64,000 nucleotides of DNA from Cryomorphaceae bacterium BACL29 MAG-121220-bin8 (GCA_905182765.1 CAJJCV010000030.1:3478-67477); one strand, 5' to 3'. Counted from the first letter of the stretch, positions 28,736 through 38,903 are shown. Program-made: numbers and translations. Notes: generated from the letters alone by a model not told the origin.

Positions 28736-30511
28736 TTAAATTACTTTATCAATTTCTGTAATAACCTTAACTGCATTTTCGTAATCATTATTTATTGTGA
28801 CATTAGTGGCTGGCGTGAACCTTGCAAACTCACAGTTTTCAATTAATTTAATAAAAAACTCTATTGATTCTTTATCTATATTTTTAGTAAAAAGTAATTT
28901 AGAAATTTTTTCTTTACTATAGTCAAAAGTTTCGATTGAAAGTTTTGATTTTAAAAAATTGTGAAGTGCCTTTTCCAAAGCAACATAAAAAACATCTTTA
29001 TTCTCTAAGTTTTTTCTGGCTTCAGATAAATATTTTTTAGCAAGCTTATTAGCTCTTCTAGATCTAGATTCTATTAACTGGGAATTAGTAATTTTTTTTG
29101 ATTTAAAAAATATTAACAACAACAAAATTGCTAATACTGGAAATATTAAAGCTGAATAAAAGCTTATTGAATATATAAATGAGCTTGAATTTATTTTTAC
29201 TAAATCAAACTCTGTTTTAATAAATTTAAATTGATTTATTGAGGGTAATATATTCTTGGACTTCGTTGTACTCGAACTATTAATATTGTTTTCCTGAAAC
29301 GATAGTGGTCCTTCTAAAACATTAATAATTATTTCGTCAGAATAAATTGTTTCATATTTATTTGATTTTGGATTAAAAAAAGTAAATTCTACTGGCTTTA
29401 TAGGATACTTTCCTTGAAATTGAGGAACTAACGTGTAGGTGTTTGAAATAAAACCTTTCATTCCCGTCAAGTTTGTAGATACTTTTTCATTATACTCTGG
29501 ATCGTACTTTTCAAGAGAGCTTGGGACCTTAATCGATGGAGTTGAAAAGAGCTTTAGATTTCCATTTCCCGAAACTTTAACCGTTGCCTGTAAAGATTCT
29601 GATGCATTAAGCTCCGTTTTATTTGTTTTTAATTTAATATCAAATTTTCCAACAGCTCCGTTAAAACTTTCTGGAGCATTTAATGGTAATACTTTGACGT
29701 TAATTGATCTTTTGCCTGCAGTTACTTTTTTAGATACTTGATTATAAATACGATTTCCAAAAAAATCTCTTCTGTTTGTAGGGACATCCACCGAAACATC
29801 TAACGAAAGTGGAAGAACTTCAAGTTTCCCCGATTTTTGTGGATATAAAACTATTTTTTTCCAGGTTACAAAATTATAATTATCGCCCTTGTAAGATCCT
29901 CTTTCAATTTGTAATCTAGGAATTTTTATATTTTGAGACCAGAAATTTTCAAATTCAGGGGTTTCTATCTCACCTACATTAGTTACATTAATTTGAGGAG
30001 AATAATATAATTTATATATGATAGAAATTCCTTCGTTTAGATAAGGACTTATATTAGAAACTTCCGCTACTAAATGTAAATTTTCATTAACAACATAGTT
30101 AGGGTCATTTGGATCTTTGCTTATCGAAACCGATTCACTTACACTAATTTTTACAGGAAGAGTTTTGTAAATTTTATTGTCTATTTCAATAGTTGCCTGG
30201 CCTATTGTAACTGACCCTTTTTTAATTGGACTTAAAAAATATGAGTAAATTTTAGAAAAAGTTCTTTTTCCATTTACCCACATATTACTTACTGATTGGT
30301 TTGGACCTCCGACAACTTTAAAACCAGTAAAATTTGGAGGAGTAAAATTATCTCCATCTTTATTCATTTTAAAATCAACTCTCAATTTTTCATTAATACC
30401 TAAAGATTTTTTGCTCAAAATAGCCTCAAAGCTAACTGAGTTTTCCTGGGCTTTTAGATTACTAATTGAAGTGATCCAAAAAAATAAAAATATATAAAAT
30501 CTAAGTTTCAT
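28736..30511 (-). CDS. batD: BatD-family (oxygen tolerance) protein
   Basis: 591 aa with a signal peptide, Ig-like beta-rich repeats, a single TM near aa 455-480 and a helical tail ending ..CEFARFTP. Position follows batC. Confidence 0.7.
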   Translation of the reverse strand: MKLRFYIFLFFWITSISNLKAQENSVSFEAILSKKSLGINEKLRVDFKMNKDGDNFTPPNFTGFKVVGGPNQSVSNMWVNGKRTFSKIYSYFLSPIKKGSVTIGQATIEIDNKIYKTLPVKISVSESVSISKDPNDPNYVVNENLHLVAEVSNISPYLNEGISIIYKLYYSPQINVTNVGEIETPEFENFWSQNIKIPRLQIERGSYKGDNYNFVTWKKIVLYPQKSGKLEVLPLSLDVSVDVPTNRRDFFGNRIYNQVSKKVTAGKRSINVKVLPLNAPESFNGAVGKFDIKLKTNKTELNASESLQATVKVSGNGNLKLFSTPSIKVPSSLEKYDPEYNEKVSTNLTGMKGFISNTYTLVPQFQGKYPIKPVEFTFFNPKSNKYETIYSDEIIINVLEGPLSFQENNINSSSTTKSKNILPSINQFKFIKTEFDLVKINSSSFIYSISFYSALIFPVLAILLLLIFFKSKKITNSQLIESRSRRANKLAKKYLSEARKNLENKDVFYVALEKALHNFLKSKLSIETFDYSKEKISKLLFTKNIDKESIEFFIKLIENCEFARFTPATNVTINNDYENAVKVITEIDKVI

Positions 30512-30517
30512 TTTTAA

Positions 30518-31264
30518 TTACCAATCTTTTTTGTTTTTGACAGGAGTTCCTTTAATCTTATTTTTATTAATCTTTTTCTGGACTTTTTTCTCTTCATTAT
30601 CCATTGCTTTTAATAAATTTTTAAGTTGTTCAGGAGATATTTTGTTTGGTTGTGGTTTTTCTTTTTTATCATTTTTATTGTCTCCTTTATTATTCTTTTT
30701 ATCGTCCTTTTTATCGTCCTTTTTATCATCTTTTTTCTTATCGTCCTTCTTATCATCCTTTTTATCGTCCTTCTTATCATCCTTTTTATCGTCCTTCTTA
30801 TCATCCTTTTTATTATCCTTTTGTTGGTTTTTTAATAATTCTTTAGCTAATACATAATTATACCTTGTTTCATCATCAGAGGGATTATTAAGCAATGCGT
30901 TTTTAAATGAATTGACGGCATTTTGATAATCTTCATTTTGCATATAAATATTACCTAAGTTATGAAAAGACTTGTGTATAGTTTGTTTACTTTTTGCTTT
31001 TTTAATTGATGATTTATATTGATTTATTGCTTCCTGTTTCAGTTCGTTTCTATAAAACGAATTTCCTAAATTATAAGATGCTTTAATATTTAAAGAATCC
31101 TTAGAAATTGATTTTCTATAAAGGGTTTCGGCCTCAATTAAATTCTTGTCAGCAAATTCAATATTACCATCCAAAGTCAAATTATTAGATTCCTTATTAA
31201 TCGTTGTCTCTTGAGAGTTAACTTTAATAAAAAATAACAAAAAAATTATTGCGATTCTATTCAT
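30518..31264 (-). CDS. batC: BatC-like TPR protein with a Lys/Asp-rich repeat tail
   Basis: TPR repeats (YNLGNSFYR, HNLGNIYMQNEDYQNAVNSFKNAL) followed by (DKKD)n. Confidence 0.7.
   Translation of the reverse strand: MNRIAIIFLLFFIKVNSQETTINKESNNLTLDGNIEFADKNLIEAETLYRKSISKDSLNIKASYNLGNSFYRNELKQEAINQYKSSIKKAKSKQTIHKSFHNLGNIYMQNEDYQNAVNSFKNALLNNPSDDETRYNYVLAKELLKNQQKDNKKDDKKDDKKDDKKDDKKDDKKDDKKKDDKKDDKKDDKKNNKGDNKNDKKEKPQPNKISPEQLKNLLKAMDNEEKKVQKKINKNKIKGTPVKNKKDW
30701..30815. repeat. In-frame 12-nt tandem repeat, including three perfect 24-bp copies at 30741-30812, encoding (DKKD)n in BatC
   Basis: Read directly from the sequence: tcgtccttcttatcatccttttta repeated three times exactly, preceded by degenerate atcgtccttttt units. 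Confidence 0.9.
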
Positions 31265-32288
31265 TAAATAAATTTAATTTTTTTACCCAATATGTTTTCT
31301 TCTCAAAAATAATTAACTCCAAACTTAAAAAAAGAATTGCAAACCCAATGAACCACTGAAATTGATCTTTATACGCTACAAATTGCTTGGATTCAAATTC
31401 TTTTTTATCCATTTCTTTTAACCTTTCAACAATTGCTTTTACAACTGACTCTGTATTTGCTCCATCTATATAAATTCCATTAGATGAATTAGCTATGTTT
31501 TTTAATAATTCTATATTTAGTTTTGTAATAACTACATCTCCGTTTTGATCTTTTTTATAAGACTTCACAATATTATTTTCTTTTAAAGGAATTGGAGACC
31601 CTTTAACTGAACCTAGTCCAATTGTAATAATTGTGATACCAGAGCTTTTAGCGATTTCTGTAATATTTTGATTTTGAATTTCATGATCTTCACCATCAGA
31701 AAGAATACACAAAACTCTGTTGGTTTGATTATCGTCATCATAAAAATCCTTAGCTAGATTTATTGATTCTAAAACGGCAGTTCCTTGAGAAGACAACATG
31801 TCTGTTGTTAGACTTTGTAAAAAAGTTTTAGCAGTTGAATAGTCATCCGTTATTGGAAGTATTGGAAGTGCAGAAGCTGCATATGCAATAACACCTACTC
31901 TATCGTTATTTAATTTATTGATAATTTCTGAAACTATTCTTTTGGCTTTTTCTAAACGGTTTGGAGCTATATCCTCGGCCAGCATACTTTTTGAAACATC
32001 AACAGCAAAGACTAAATCTACACCCTCTCTTTTTACAGTTTTAAGCTCTGTTCCTATTTTTGGATTTACAAGGGAAAGCGTTGCAAATAAAACGAAAAAA
32101 ATTAAAAACAATAATTTAATTTTTGGTTTAAAAGTAGAAATATTTGGACTCAAAATCTTTAGTAAATCTGCAGAGATATATTTATTTTGTATTCTGTTTT
32201 TCCACCTACTCAAGAATACAAATCCTATAATAAGCACAGGGATTATTATTAATAAATAAAAATAAAATGTTTCTTCTAACTGGTACAT
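31257..32288 (-). CDS. batB: VWA-domain membrane protein BatB
   Basis: N-terminal TM segments and a VWA MIDAS motif (DVSKSM). Position follows batA. Confidence 0.75.
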   Translation of the reverse strand: MYQLEETFYFYLLIIIPVLIIGFVFLSRWKNRIQNKYISADLLKILSPNISTFKPKIKLLFLIFFVLFATLSLVNPKIGTELKTVKREGVDLVFAVDVSKSMLAEDIAPNRLEKAKRIVSEIINKLNNDRVGVIAYAASALPILPITDDYSTAKTFLQSLTTDMLSSQGTAVLESINLAKDFYDDDNQTNRVLCILSDGEDHEIQNQNITEIAKSSGITIITIGLGSVKGSPIPLKENNIVKSYKKDQNGDVVITKLNIELLKNIANSSNGIYIDGANTESVVKAIVERLKEMDKKEFESKQFVAYKDQFQWFIGFAILFLSLELIIFEKKTYWVKKLNLFNE

Positions 32289-33290
32289 TTATATAAAACT
32301 TTTAAATAATGTTGTTCTTAAAATCCACTCCAGAATTATTAAAAAAATAGCTAATAATACAAACCCTCTGTAAATTTCCTGAGCATTTGAATATTTAAAT
32401 TCTTCTACATCGGTTTTTTCAAGTTTATTAATTTCTTGATATATTTCTTTAAGCTTTTTATTGTCAGTAGCTCTAAAATATAATCCTCCTGTTTTAGAAG
32501 CTATTGATTCCAAAAGCTTTTCATCAATTTCAACTTTTGTCAGACCGTATCTGAAAGATCCATCTGGATTTAAAGCTATAGGTGCTAAAGCGTTTCCATT
32601 ACTACCCAACCCAATGGTATATGTCTTTATTCCAAAAGAAAGAGCTAAGTCTGCAGAAGTATTTGGGTCAATAAATCCAGAATTATTCACTCCATCAGTA
32701 AGTAAAATAACTACTTTACTTTTAGCTTTACTGTTTTTAAGTCTATTAACTGAGGTTGCCAAACCCATGCCAATTGCTGTTCCGTCTTCGATTATTCCAT
32801 CAAAAATAATTTCATTCAAAGACTTTACTATAATTGATTTATCTGATGTAACCGGAGTCTTTGTATAACTTTCACCTGCGTACACTACAAGACCAATTCT
32901 ATCGTTGACCCTATCGTTAATAAATTCTTTAGCCACTTCCTTTAATGCTTCTAGTCTATTAGGTTTTAAATCTTGGGCAAGCATACTTGATGAAACGTCA
33001 ACAGCTATTACAATATCAATTCCTCTACTTTTTTTAGTTTGTGTAGATATGTCGATTATTTGTGGTCTAGCTAATGCAATAATTAGAGATCCTAAAGCCA
33101 AATATCTTAACAAATTTAGAAAGGGATAAAGAGTGATTTTAAAAGATGCTTTACTAAACAAATTAATTGAAGACATTTTAAGTTTAGAATTTTTTAGATG
33201 TTTAATTCTATGATTAACAACAACAAAGAACACTAAGGCTATAATAAGCCATAAAAATTCAGGATTGGAAAATATAATATTGTTAAACAT
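32289..33290 (-). CDS. batA: VWA-domain membrane protein BatA
   Basis: N-terminal TM segments, a VWA MIDAS motif (DVSSSM, LLTDGVNN) and a C-terminal TM. Confidence 0.75.
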   Translation of the reverse strand: MFNNIIFSNPEFLWLIIALVFFVVVNHRIKHLKNSKLKMSSINLFSKASFKITLYPFLNLLRYLALGSLIIALARPQIIDISTQTKKSRGIDIVIAVDVSSSMLAQDLKPNRLEALKEVAKEFINDRVNDRIGLVVYAGESYTKTPVTSDKSIIVKSLNEIIFDGIIEDGTAIGMGLATSVNRLKNSKAKSKVVILLTDGVNNSGFIDPNTSADLALSFGIKTYTIGLGSNGNALAPIALNPDGSFRYGLTKVEIDEKLLESIASKTGGLYFRATDNKKLKEIYQEINKLEKTDVEEFKYSNAQEIYRGFVLLAIFLIILEWILRTTLFKSFI

Positions 33291-33291
33291 T

Positions 33292-34860
33292 TTATTTCTT
33301 ATTAAAGTCTATTGAGTTTTCAATTCTAGTTCTAATTTGTTTTGCATATTTATTATCCCTGTCCACAATAATATTTAAAGTTTGAGTTCCTCCATTTTCA
33401 AAAAATGATAAGCTAGAATATTCTTTTTTGACTGAAACCTCCTCCATGTTAAGATAATCAAAAGAGCCGTAATATCTAGTGGTAGATGTTCCGTTGTTAA
33501 GCGTAAACTCCTCCTGTTGAGTTAAAATGTTTAATGCTCCATTAGATTTTATTTTTTCCATAAGAATGGATTGAATGTCATCATCTTTATTAATTGGTCT
33601 TGTGCTGATTGATAAACTAAAAGGATCTTCTAAACTCTGAAAACTAAATAATTGACCTATTTTAGAATCGCTTCTTTTTAACACATCTGGTGAGGATATT
33701 TTAATTGGAAATGCTCCATAGCTGCTTTCAACCCAATCTTCTTTTTGAAGAAATTCTTTTGTTGAATTTCCTAACAAATTATCTTTTACTTCTTGCCATC
33801 CAAATACTGAAATAGAACCAAGGAGGGAGACAAAAGTCATTAGACTTAATATTTTGGCAATCTTAAATAGTAATTTTCTTTTCTTTTCTTTTTCTGTTTT
33901 CTTACGATACTCTTCGTTTTTTAAAAGCTCTTCTTCTGTTGGCTTAGGCATGGCTTCTTTAGTGTCAACAAGAACAGTCTCTAGAAGTTGTTTGTCTAGA
34001 ATTGCTGTTTTAGAGCCTGGTGCTGATTTTGCAAATTTTACTAAATCGGCTGTAGACAATACTGATTTGAAATTTTTTAAAGTTTCTTTAGAGATATCTA
34101 ATTGACCTGCATCTTTTAACAATTCTAATTTTACTATTAATTCATTAGTTGTGCTTTCAAGCGCATCTACTTTAACTTCTTCTTCAAAATAACTTTTTAC
34201 AATTTCTGTTAATTTAGAATAATATAATTTGTAATCTAATTGATTTTTAGATTCATTTAATTCTAAGGATTTTAAAGCTTCAATCGCTTTCTCCAAAGGA
34301 GGAGTGATTTTTTCTTTAGTTGAGTTAAAATATTTAGATTCCTTATAAAATTTAATAGATAATAACGCAATTGAAATTATACTTAGAATTAAAAAATATT
34401 TTTTCCACCAGCCTTCATTATTTCTTTCAACTTGAATTATATTTTTTATATCAAAAAACTTCTTACTAACAGTATCGACTTTAACACTTGAAACGTTAAT
34501 TAAAATAGAATCTTGATATTTAATTATTTGATCAATAATTTTAATCGGAGGAGTTATAGAAAATGTGCCTGCTTCAAAACTTGTCAAAGAATATTTTTTC
34601 ACAAATTCAACTTTATTCTCTTTAAATAAAGTATCCATTTTAAAATCTTGTATTACATCAATGGGAGGATTAAATTTTAATAATTTAAATTCAAAATCGT
34701 TCAATGAATCTGATATAAAAGAAAATTCATAATTAATTTTTTCGCCAACTTTAATAGATAGTGTATCTACTTTAGACTTTAGGTTTATTGGAGATTGAGA
34801 AAAAAGCCCAAAACTTAAATTGAGTAAAAAAAACGATATTATAATTTTCTTATTAACCAC
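33292..34860 (-). CDS. Hypothetical two-TM protein of the Bat operon (BatD-like N-terminus, DUF4381-like middle, unique C-terminal domain)
   Basis: Signal peptide, a beta-rich first 150 aa, TM at about aa 153-172, a helical region ending ADLVKFAKSAP, a second TM at about aa 330-355, and a C-terminal domain of about 165 aa. Confidence 0.5.
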   Translation of the reverse strand: MVNKKIIISFFLLNLSFGLFSQSPINLKSKVDTLSIKVGEKINYEFSFISDSLNDFEFKLLKFNPPIDVIQDFKMDTLFKENKVEFVKKYSLTSFEAGTFSITPPIKIIDQIIKYQDSILINVSSVKVDTVSKKFFDIKNIIQVERNNEGWWKKYFLILSIISIALLSIKFYKESKYFNSTKEKITPPLEKAIEALKSLELNESKNQLDYKLYYSKLTEIVKSYFEEEVKVDALESTTNELIVKLELLKDAGQLDISKETLKNFKSVLSTADLVKFAKSAPGSKTAILDKQLLETVLVDTKEAMPKPTEEELLKNEEYRKKTEKEKKRKLLFKIAKILSLMTFVSLLGSISVFGWQEVKDNLLGNSTKEFLQKEDWVESSYGAFPIKISSPDVLKRSDSKIGQLFSFQSLEDPFSLSISTRPINKDDDIQSILMEKIKSNGALNILTQQEEFTLNNGTSTTRYYGSFDYLNMEEVSVKKEYSSLSFFENGGTQTLNIIVDRDNKYAKQIRTRIENSIDFNKK

Positions 34861-35719
34861 GGTTTTTAAAATAATTTAGTAGTTTTTTAATATAACTTTC
34901 GTCTGTTCTACAAAGTATGGTGCCTGCTCCATTTATAGTGAATAAGTCATTAAAAGTTTTAAATTTTAATGAGCTTTCTTTTTTATAACTGTCTCGTACG
35001 AATTTTGATGATGTGTCAATTAATTGAACTTGCTTTGTTTCCTGGTCAAACATTTGAACTAATCCTAAATTTGGGATAAACTCTTCCAGCTTATCAAATA
35101 CTTTAATACCCGTTAAATCATGTTTTTTTGATGTGATTTTTAATGTTTTCTCATAATCAGGAGAAATAAAATCTGATAAAATAAATGCGATAGACTTTTT
35201 TTTCAAAACACTAATTAAAAATTCCAAAGCAACACTAATATTTGTTTTTATACTTTTTGGTTTAAATTCAATTAATTCCCTAATAATTCTAAGAACATGT
35301 GTTTTTCCTTTACTAGGCGGGATGAATAACTCAATCTGATCACTAAACAAAATTAAACCTACTTTATCATTATTTTGAAGTGCTGAAAATGCTAAAGTTG
35401 CTGAAATTTCAGTAATAATATTCTTTTTTATAGCATTATCTGTTCCAAATAAAGCTGAGCTACTTACGTCAACAATAAGCATAAGGGTAAGCTCTCTTTC
35501 TTCTTCAAAAACTTTTACAAAAGGCTCGTTATATCTAGCAGTAACATTCCAGTCTATAGCTCTAACGTCATCTCCAAACTGATAGTTTCTAACTTCGCTA
35601 AAAGTCATTCCCCTTCCTTTAAATGTACTATGATATTCTCCCCCAAAAATATTATTACTTAATCTTCTGGTTTTGATCTCAATTTTTCTGACTTTTTTTA
35701 ACAGGTCTTTAGTTTCCAA
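34853..35719 (-). CDS. DUF58 domain protein, the MoxR-associated VWA-like partner
   Basis: The pattern GEYHSTFKGRGMTFSEVRNYQFGDDVRAIDWNVTAR is typical of DUF58. Lies immediately downstream of moxR. Confidence 0.8.
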   Translation of the reverse strand: METKDLLKKVRKIEIKTRRLSNNIFGGEYHSTFKGRGMTFSEVRNYQFGDDVRAIDWNVTARYNEPFVKVFEEERELTLMLIVDVSSSALFGTDNAIKKNIITEISATLAFSALQNNDKVGLILFSDQIELFIPPSKGKTHVLRIIRELIEFKPKSIKTNISVALEFLISVLKKKSIAFILSDFISPDYEKTLKITSKKHDLTGIKVFDKLEEFIPNLGLVQMFDQETKQVQLIDTSSKFVRDSYKKESSLKFKTFNDLFTINGAGTILCRTDESYIKKLLNYFKNRG

Positions 35720-35758
35720 AATAATGCAAATGATTAATTAGGTGTAGTTAATTGTTTT

Positions 35759-36754
35759 CTAAGGAACTTCTACTTGATTAACTATTTTATTGATTATTTC
35801 CTCAGATGTAACATTCTCTGCCTCTGCCTCATACGTAAGGCCTATTCTATGCCTTAAAACATCATGAATTACGGCTCTAACATCCTCTGGAACTACATAT
35901 CCTCTTCTTTTTATAAAAGCATAACACCTTGAGGCGCTGGCAAGGTTAATACTTCCTCTTGGTGAAGCTCCAAAATTTATTAACGGCTTTAGATCTTCTA
36001 AGCCATATTTCTCAGGATATCTTGTTGCAAAAACTAAATCTAAAATATATTTTTCAATTTTCTCATCCATATATACTTTTCTGACTGATTCCTGGGCTCT
36101 AATAATTTGTTTTACCGTAACAACAGGCTTAATTTCTCCAAAACTATTATTAATATTAGCTCTGACTATTAGTTGTTCATCTTCAATTTTTGGATAATCA
36201 ATTATAGTTTTTAACATAAATCTATCAACCTGTGCTTCAGGAAGAGGGTATGTTCCTTCTTGCTCTACAGGATTTTGAGTTGCCATTACTAAAAATGGAG
36301 GTGATAATTTAAATGTTGAATCTCCAATAGTAACTTGTCTTTCCTGCATTGATTCTAATAAAGCTGATTGAACTTTAGCAGGAGCCCTGTTAATTTCATC
36401 TGCAAGAACAAAGTTGGCGAAGATCGGACCTTTCTTAATTGAAAAATCATTTTCTTTCATATTATAAATCATAGTTCCTACTACATCTGCTGGCAATAAA
36501 TCTGGTGTAAATTGTATTCTACTAAAACTACCTTTAACTGCTTTACTTAAAGAATTTATAGCCAATGTTTTTGCAAGACCCGGTACACCTTCTAAAAGTA
36601 TATGACCTTGTCCTAAAAGACCAATTAATAATCTTTCCATCATATGCTTTTGTCCAATAATTACTTTATTCACTTCAAGCATAAGGATGTCAATAAAAGC
36701 ACTTTCCTTTTCAATTAGTTCGTTGATTTCTTTAATGTCAATTACTTTGTTCAT
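35759..36754 (-). CDS. moxR: MoxR-family AAA+ ATPase
   Basis: Walker A-like GVPGLAKT, Walker B LADEINRA, and VMATQNPVEQEGTYPLPEAQVDRF. Confidence 0.9.
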   Translation of the reverse strand: MNKVIDIKEINELIEKESAFIDILMLEVNKVIIGQKHMMERLLIGLLGQGHILLEGVPGLAKTLAINSLSKAVKGSFSRIQFTPDLLPADVVGTMIYNMKENDFSIKKGPIFANFVLADEINRAPAKVQSALLESMQERQVTIGDSTFKLSPPFLVMATQNPVEQEGTYPLPEAQVDRFMLKTIIDYPKIEDEQLIVRANINNSFGEIKPVVTVKQIIRAQESVRKVYMDEKIEKYILDLVFATRYPEKYGLEDLKPLINFGASPRGSINLASASRCYAFIKRRGYVVPEDVRAVIHDVLRHRIGLTYEAEAENVTSEEIINKIVNQVEVP

Positions 36755-36798
36755 TTTTATTTATTTATTATAAAATTACTTAAAAAACTAAGGGGGTG

Positions 36799-36828
36799 CA
36801 ATTTGAATAAAAAAAACGATTCAAATTG
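36799..36828 (-). terminator. Hairpin caatttgaat-(10 nt)-attcaaattg downstream of nadD; possible terminator
   Basis: 10-bp perfect arms read directly from the sequence. The stem is AT-rich and the loop large, and on the minus strand a T-run follows only after cacccccttag. Confidence 0.3.
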
Positions 36829-36874
36829 TTAATAATTGGTTAAATATTTGTTTTTACTCAGTTGAAAGAATTAA

Positions 36875-37441
36875 TTATTCAATTAACATTTCTTCTATTT
36901 CTTTTGGAACAAGATGAGATATCGAAATTTTTTCTAAAATATTTTTTCTAATAAGAGTCGAAGATATTTCCATAATTGGAGCGTTATACAAGTTTACATT
37001 CGGATGGCTTATTAGTTGACTTTTTTCTTTTGTCAGACTTTTTCGAGGATAAACACATATTTTATGCTCTAAAATTAGTTGGTGATTACTCCATAGATGA
37101 AGGGTGTTCAAATTATCTTCGCCCAATATAATTTTAAAAACCGTACTAGGATATTCTAAATTTAAATGTGTTAGAGTATCAGAGGTGTTATAAGGAGGCT
37201 TGAGATTAAACTCAACATCAGAACAAATTATCTTGCTGTTTTTTTTACAATAGTTATTGATAATTTTAAATCTATCATAATAACTCGTTACTTTATTTTC
37301 TTGTTTGAATGGACTTAATGGAGTGATCACAAACCAGATTTCATCTAAATTTAGTTCTTTTAAAAAATATTTGGCTATTGCAATATGGCCATTATGTAAT
37401 GGATCAAATGTTCCAAAAAACAATCCTACATTTTTATTCAT
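36875..37441 (-). CDS. nadD: Nicotinate-nucleotide adenylyltransferase
   Basis: Motifs GTFDPLHNGH and ISSTLIR. Confidence 0.85.
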   Translation of the reverse strand: MNKNVGLFFGTFDPLHNGHIAIAKYFLKELNLDEIWFVITPLSPFKQENKVTSYYDRFKIINNYCKKNSKIICSDVEFNLKPPYNTSDTLTHLNLEYPSTVFKIILGEDNLNTLHLWSNHQLILEHKICVYPRKSLTKEKSQLISHPNVNLYNAPIMEISSTLIRKNILEKISISHLVPKEIEEMLIE

Positions 37442-38007
37442 TTGGATAGAAAATTTTGAATTGCAATATGCGATTGCTTTTTAGCTAAATCAAGATTGTC
37501 GTTGATAACGGTAATATCAAAATTTGGTTCTTTTTCTATTTCTTTTTGAGCTTTTTGAATTCTTATCTCAATAGACTTGTCAGAATCCTTATTTCTAGAA
37601 ACTAATCTTTTTTTAAGTTCTTTTATACTTGGTGGTTTAACAAAAACTGAAAGTGCATTCTTCTTAAAATATTCTTTTAGTTTAATGCCGCCAATTACAT
37701 CAATATCAAATATTAGGTTTCGTGTTTCTAATAATTTCAATACTTCATTCTTCAGACTCCCATAAAAAATACTATCGTAAACTTCTTCAAATTCAAGTAA
37801 ATCTCCATTGTTAATTAGTTTTTTAAACTCTAATTTGGATTTAAAAAAATAATCTTTTCCTTCAATTTCACCTTCTCTTTTTTGTCTTGTTGTAGCTGAA
37901 ATCGAAAAAGACAAATTCAATTCTTTTTGATTTAATACGTGCTTAACCAGAGTGGTTTTACCACTTCCAGATGGAGCAGAAAAAATAATACATTTTCCTT
38001 TAAACAT
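37438..38007 (-). CDS. gmk: Guanylate kinase
   Basis: P-loop SAPSGSGKTTL, plus SATTRQKREGE and YGS. Confidence 0.9.
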   Translation of the reverse strand: MFKGKCIIFSAPSGSGKTTLVKHVLNQKELNLSFSISATTRQKREGEIEGKDYFFKSKLEFKKLINNGDLLEFEEVYDSIFYGSLKNEVLKLLETRNLIFDIDVIGGIKLKEYFKKNALSVFVKPPSIKELKKRLVSRNKDSDKSIEIRIQKAQKEIEKEPNFDITVINDNLDLAKKQSHIAIQNFLSK

Positions 38008-38876
38008 TATAAAACATTAAGAAGTTGTTCTTTTATCTTTTCTAACTCATTTTTCATTTCAACCACAGCCTTTTGCATTGGCAAGTTATTAGATTTTGAA
38101 CCAATGGTATTGATTTCTCTACCTAATTCTTGACTTATAAATGTTAATTTTTTTCCCTTTTCAATTTGACTTTCACTCAATGTAGTTTTAAAATAAATTA
38201 AATGATTTTTTAATCTAACTATCTCTTCATTAATGTCAAATTTTTCTAAATAATAAATCAATTCTTGTTCAAATCTATTTAGGTCAATCTCTACTTTGAT
38301 ATTATCTAAGTTTTTCTTTAATCTTTTTTTTATTGAGTTCATTCTCTCTGGAATTAACTCTTCTATTTGTATCAGTTTGTTCTGGATTACCTCCAAATTA
38401 CTCAGAAGATCTTTTTCCATAGAAATTCCTTCTTGAATTCTAAAATCAATTAGTTCTTTAATGGCGTTTTTAACTAATTCTTTAATGGCATCCAACAAAT
38501 TCTGATTAAGATCAGGACGATTAGTTTCAATAGAGTTTGGAAGTGTAATTGCAATTTTAAGAAATTCAGCGCGATCAAATAAAGTTCCGGGTGTAATTTT
38601 TTTCAAATCTTTGATGTAAGATTTTATAACATCATGATTTAAGTTAGAATTAAAATTGTTTTCTGAAATTTTAAAATTGATTTTAAAATCAATCTTACCT
38701 CTTTTTAAACTGGTTGTCAAAATTGATCTTATATCACTCTCGATATTTCTAAACATTGGGTTTAAACTGTAATTCAGATCGAGATTTTTACTGTTCAAGG
38801 ACTTAATATCCAAAGATATTTTTCCAAGTTCTGAATCTATAGAGGCATTCCCAAAACCAGTCATTGATTGTAACAT
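38007..38876 (-). CDS. yicC: YicC-family stress-induced protein
   Basis: N-terminus MLQSMTGFG and C-terminal region EEIVRLKNH...QELGREINTIGSK. Confidence 0.85.
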   Translation of the reverse strand: MLQSMTGFGNASIDSELGKISLDIKSLNSKNLDLNYSLNPMFRNIESDIRSILTTSLKRGKIDFKINFKISENNFNSNLNHDVIKSYIKDLKKITPGTLFDRAEFLKIAITLPNSIETNRPDLNQNLLDAIKELVKNAIKELIDFRIQEGISMEKDLLSNLEVIQNKLIQIEELIPERMNSIKKRLKKNLDNIKVEIDLNRFEQELIYYLEKFDINEEIVRLKNHLIYFKTTLSESQIEKGKKLTFISQELGREINTIGSKSNNLPMQKAVVEMKNELEKIKEQLLNVL

Positions 38877-38903
38877 GTCGGTAAATTTACAAAAAAGTGA
38901 GGC

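Noticed and set aside
30531-30857. Four overlapping repeat-rich ORFs (30531-30857, 30610-30804, 30626-30835, 30646-30846) that could look like a repeat array or CRISPR-like structure.
   Set aside because: They are alternative-frame readings of the 12/24-nt tandem repeat that encodes the (DKKD)n tail of BatC. The units are contiguous with no spacers, so this is not a CRISPR array and these are not separate genes.
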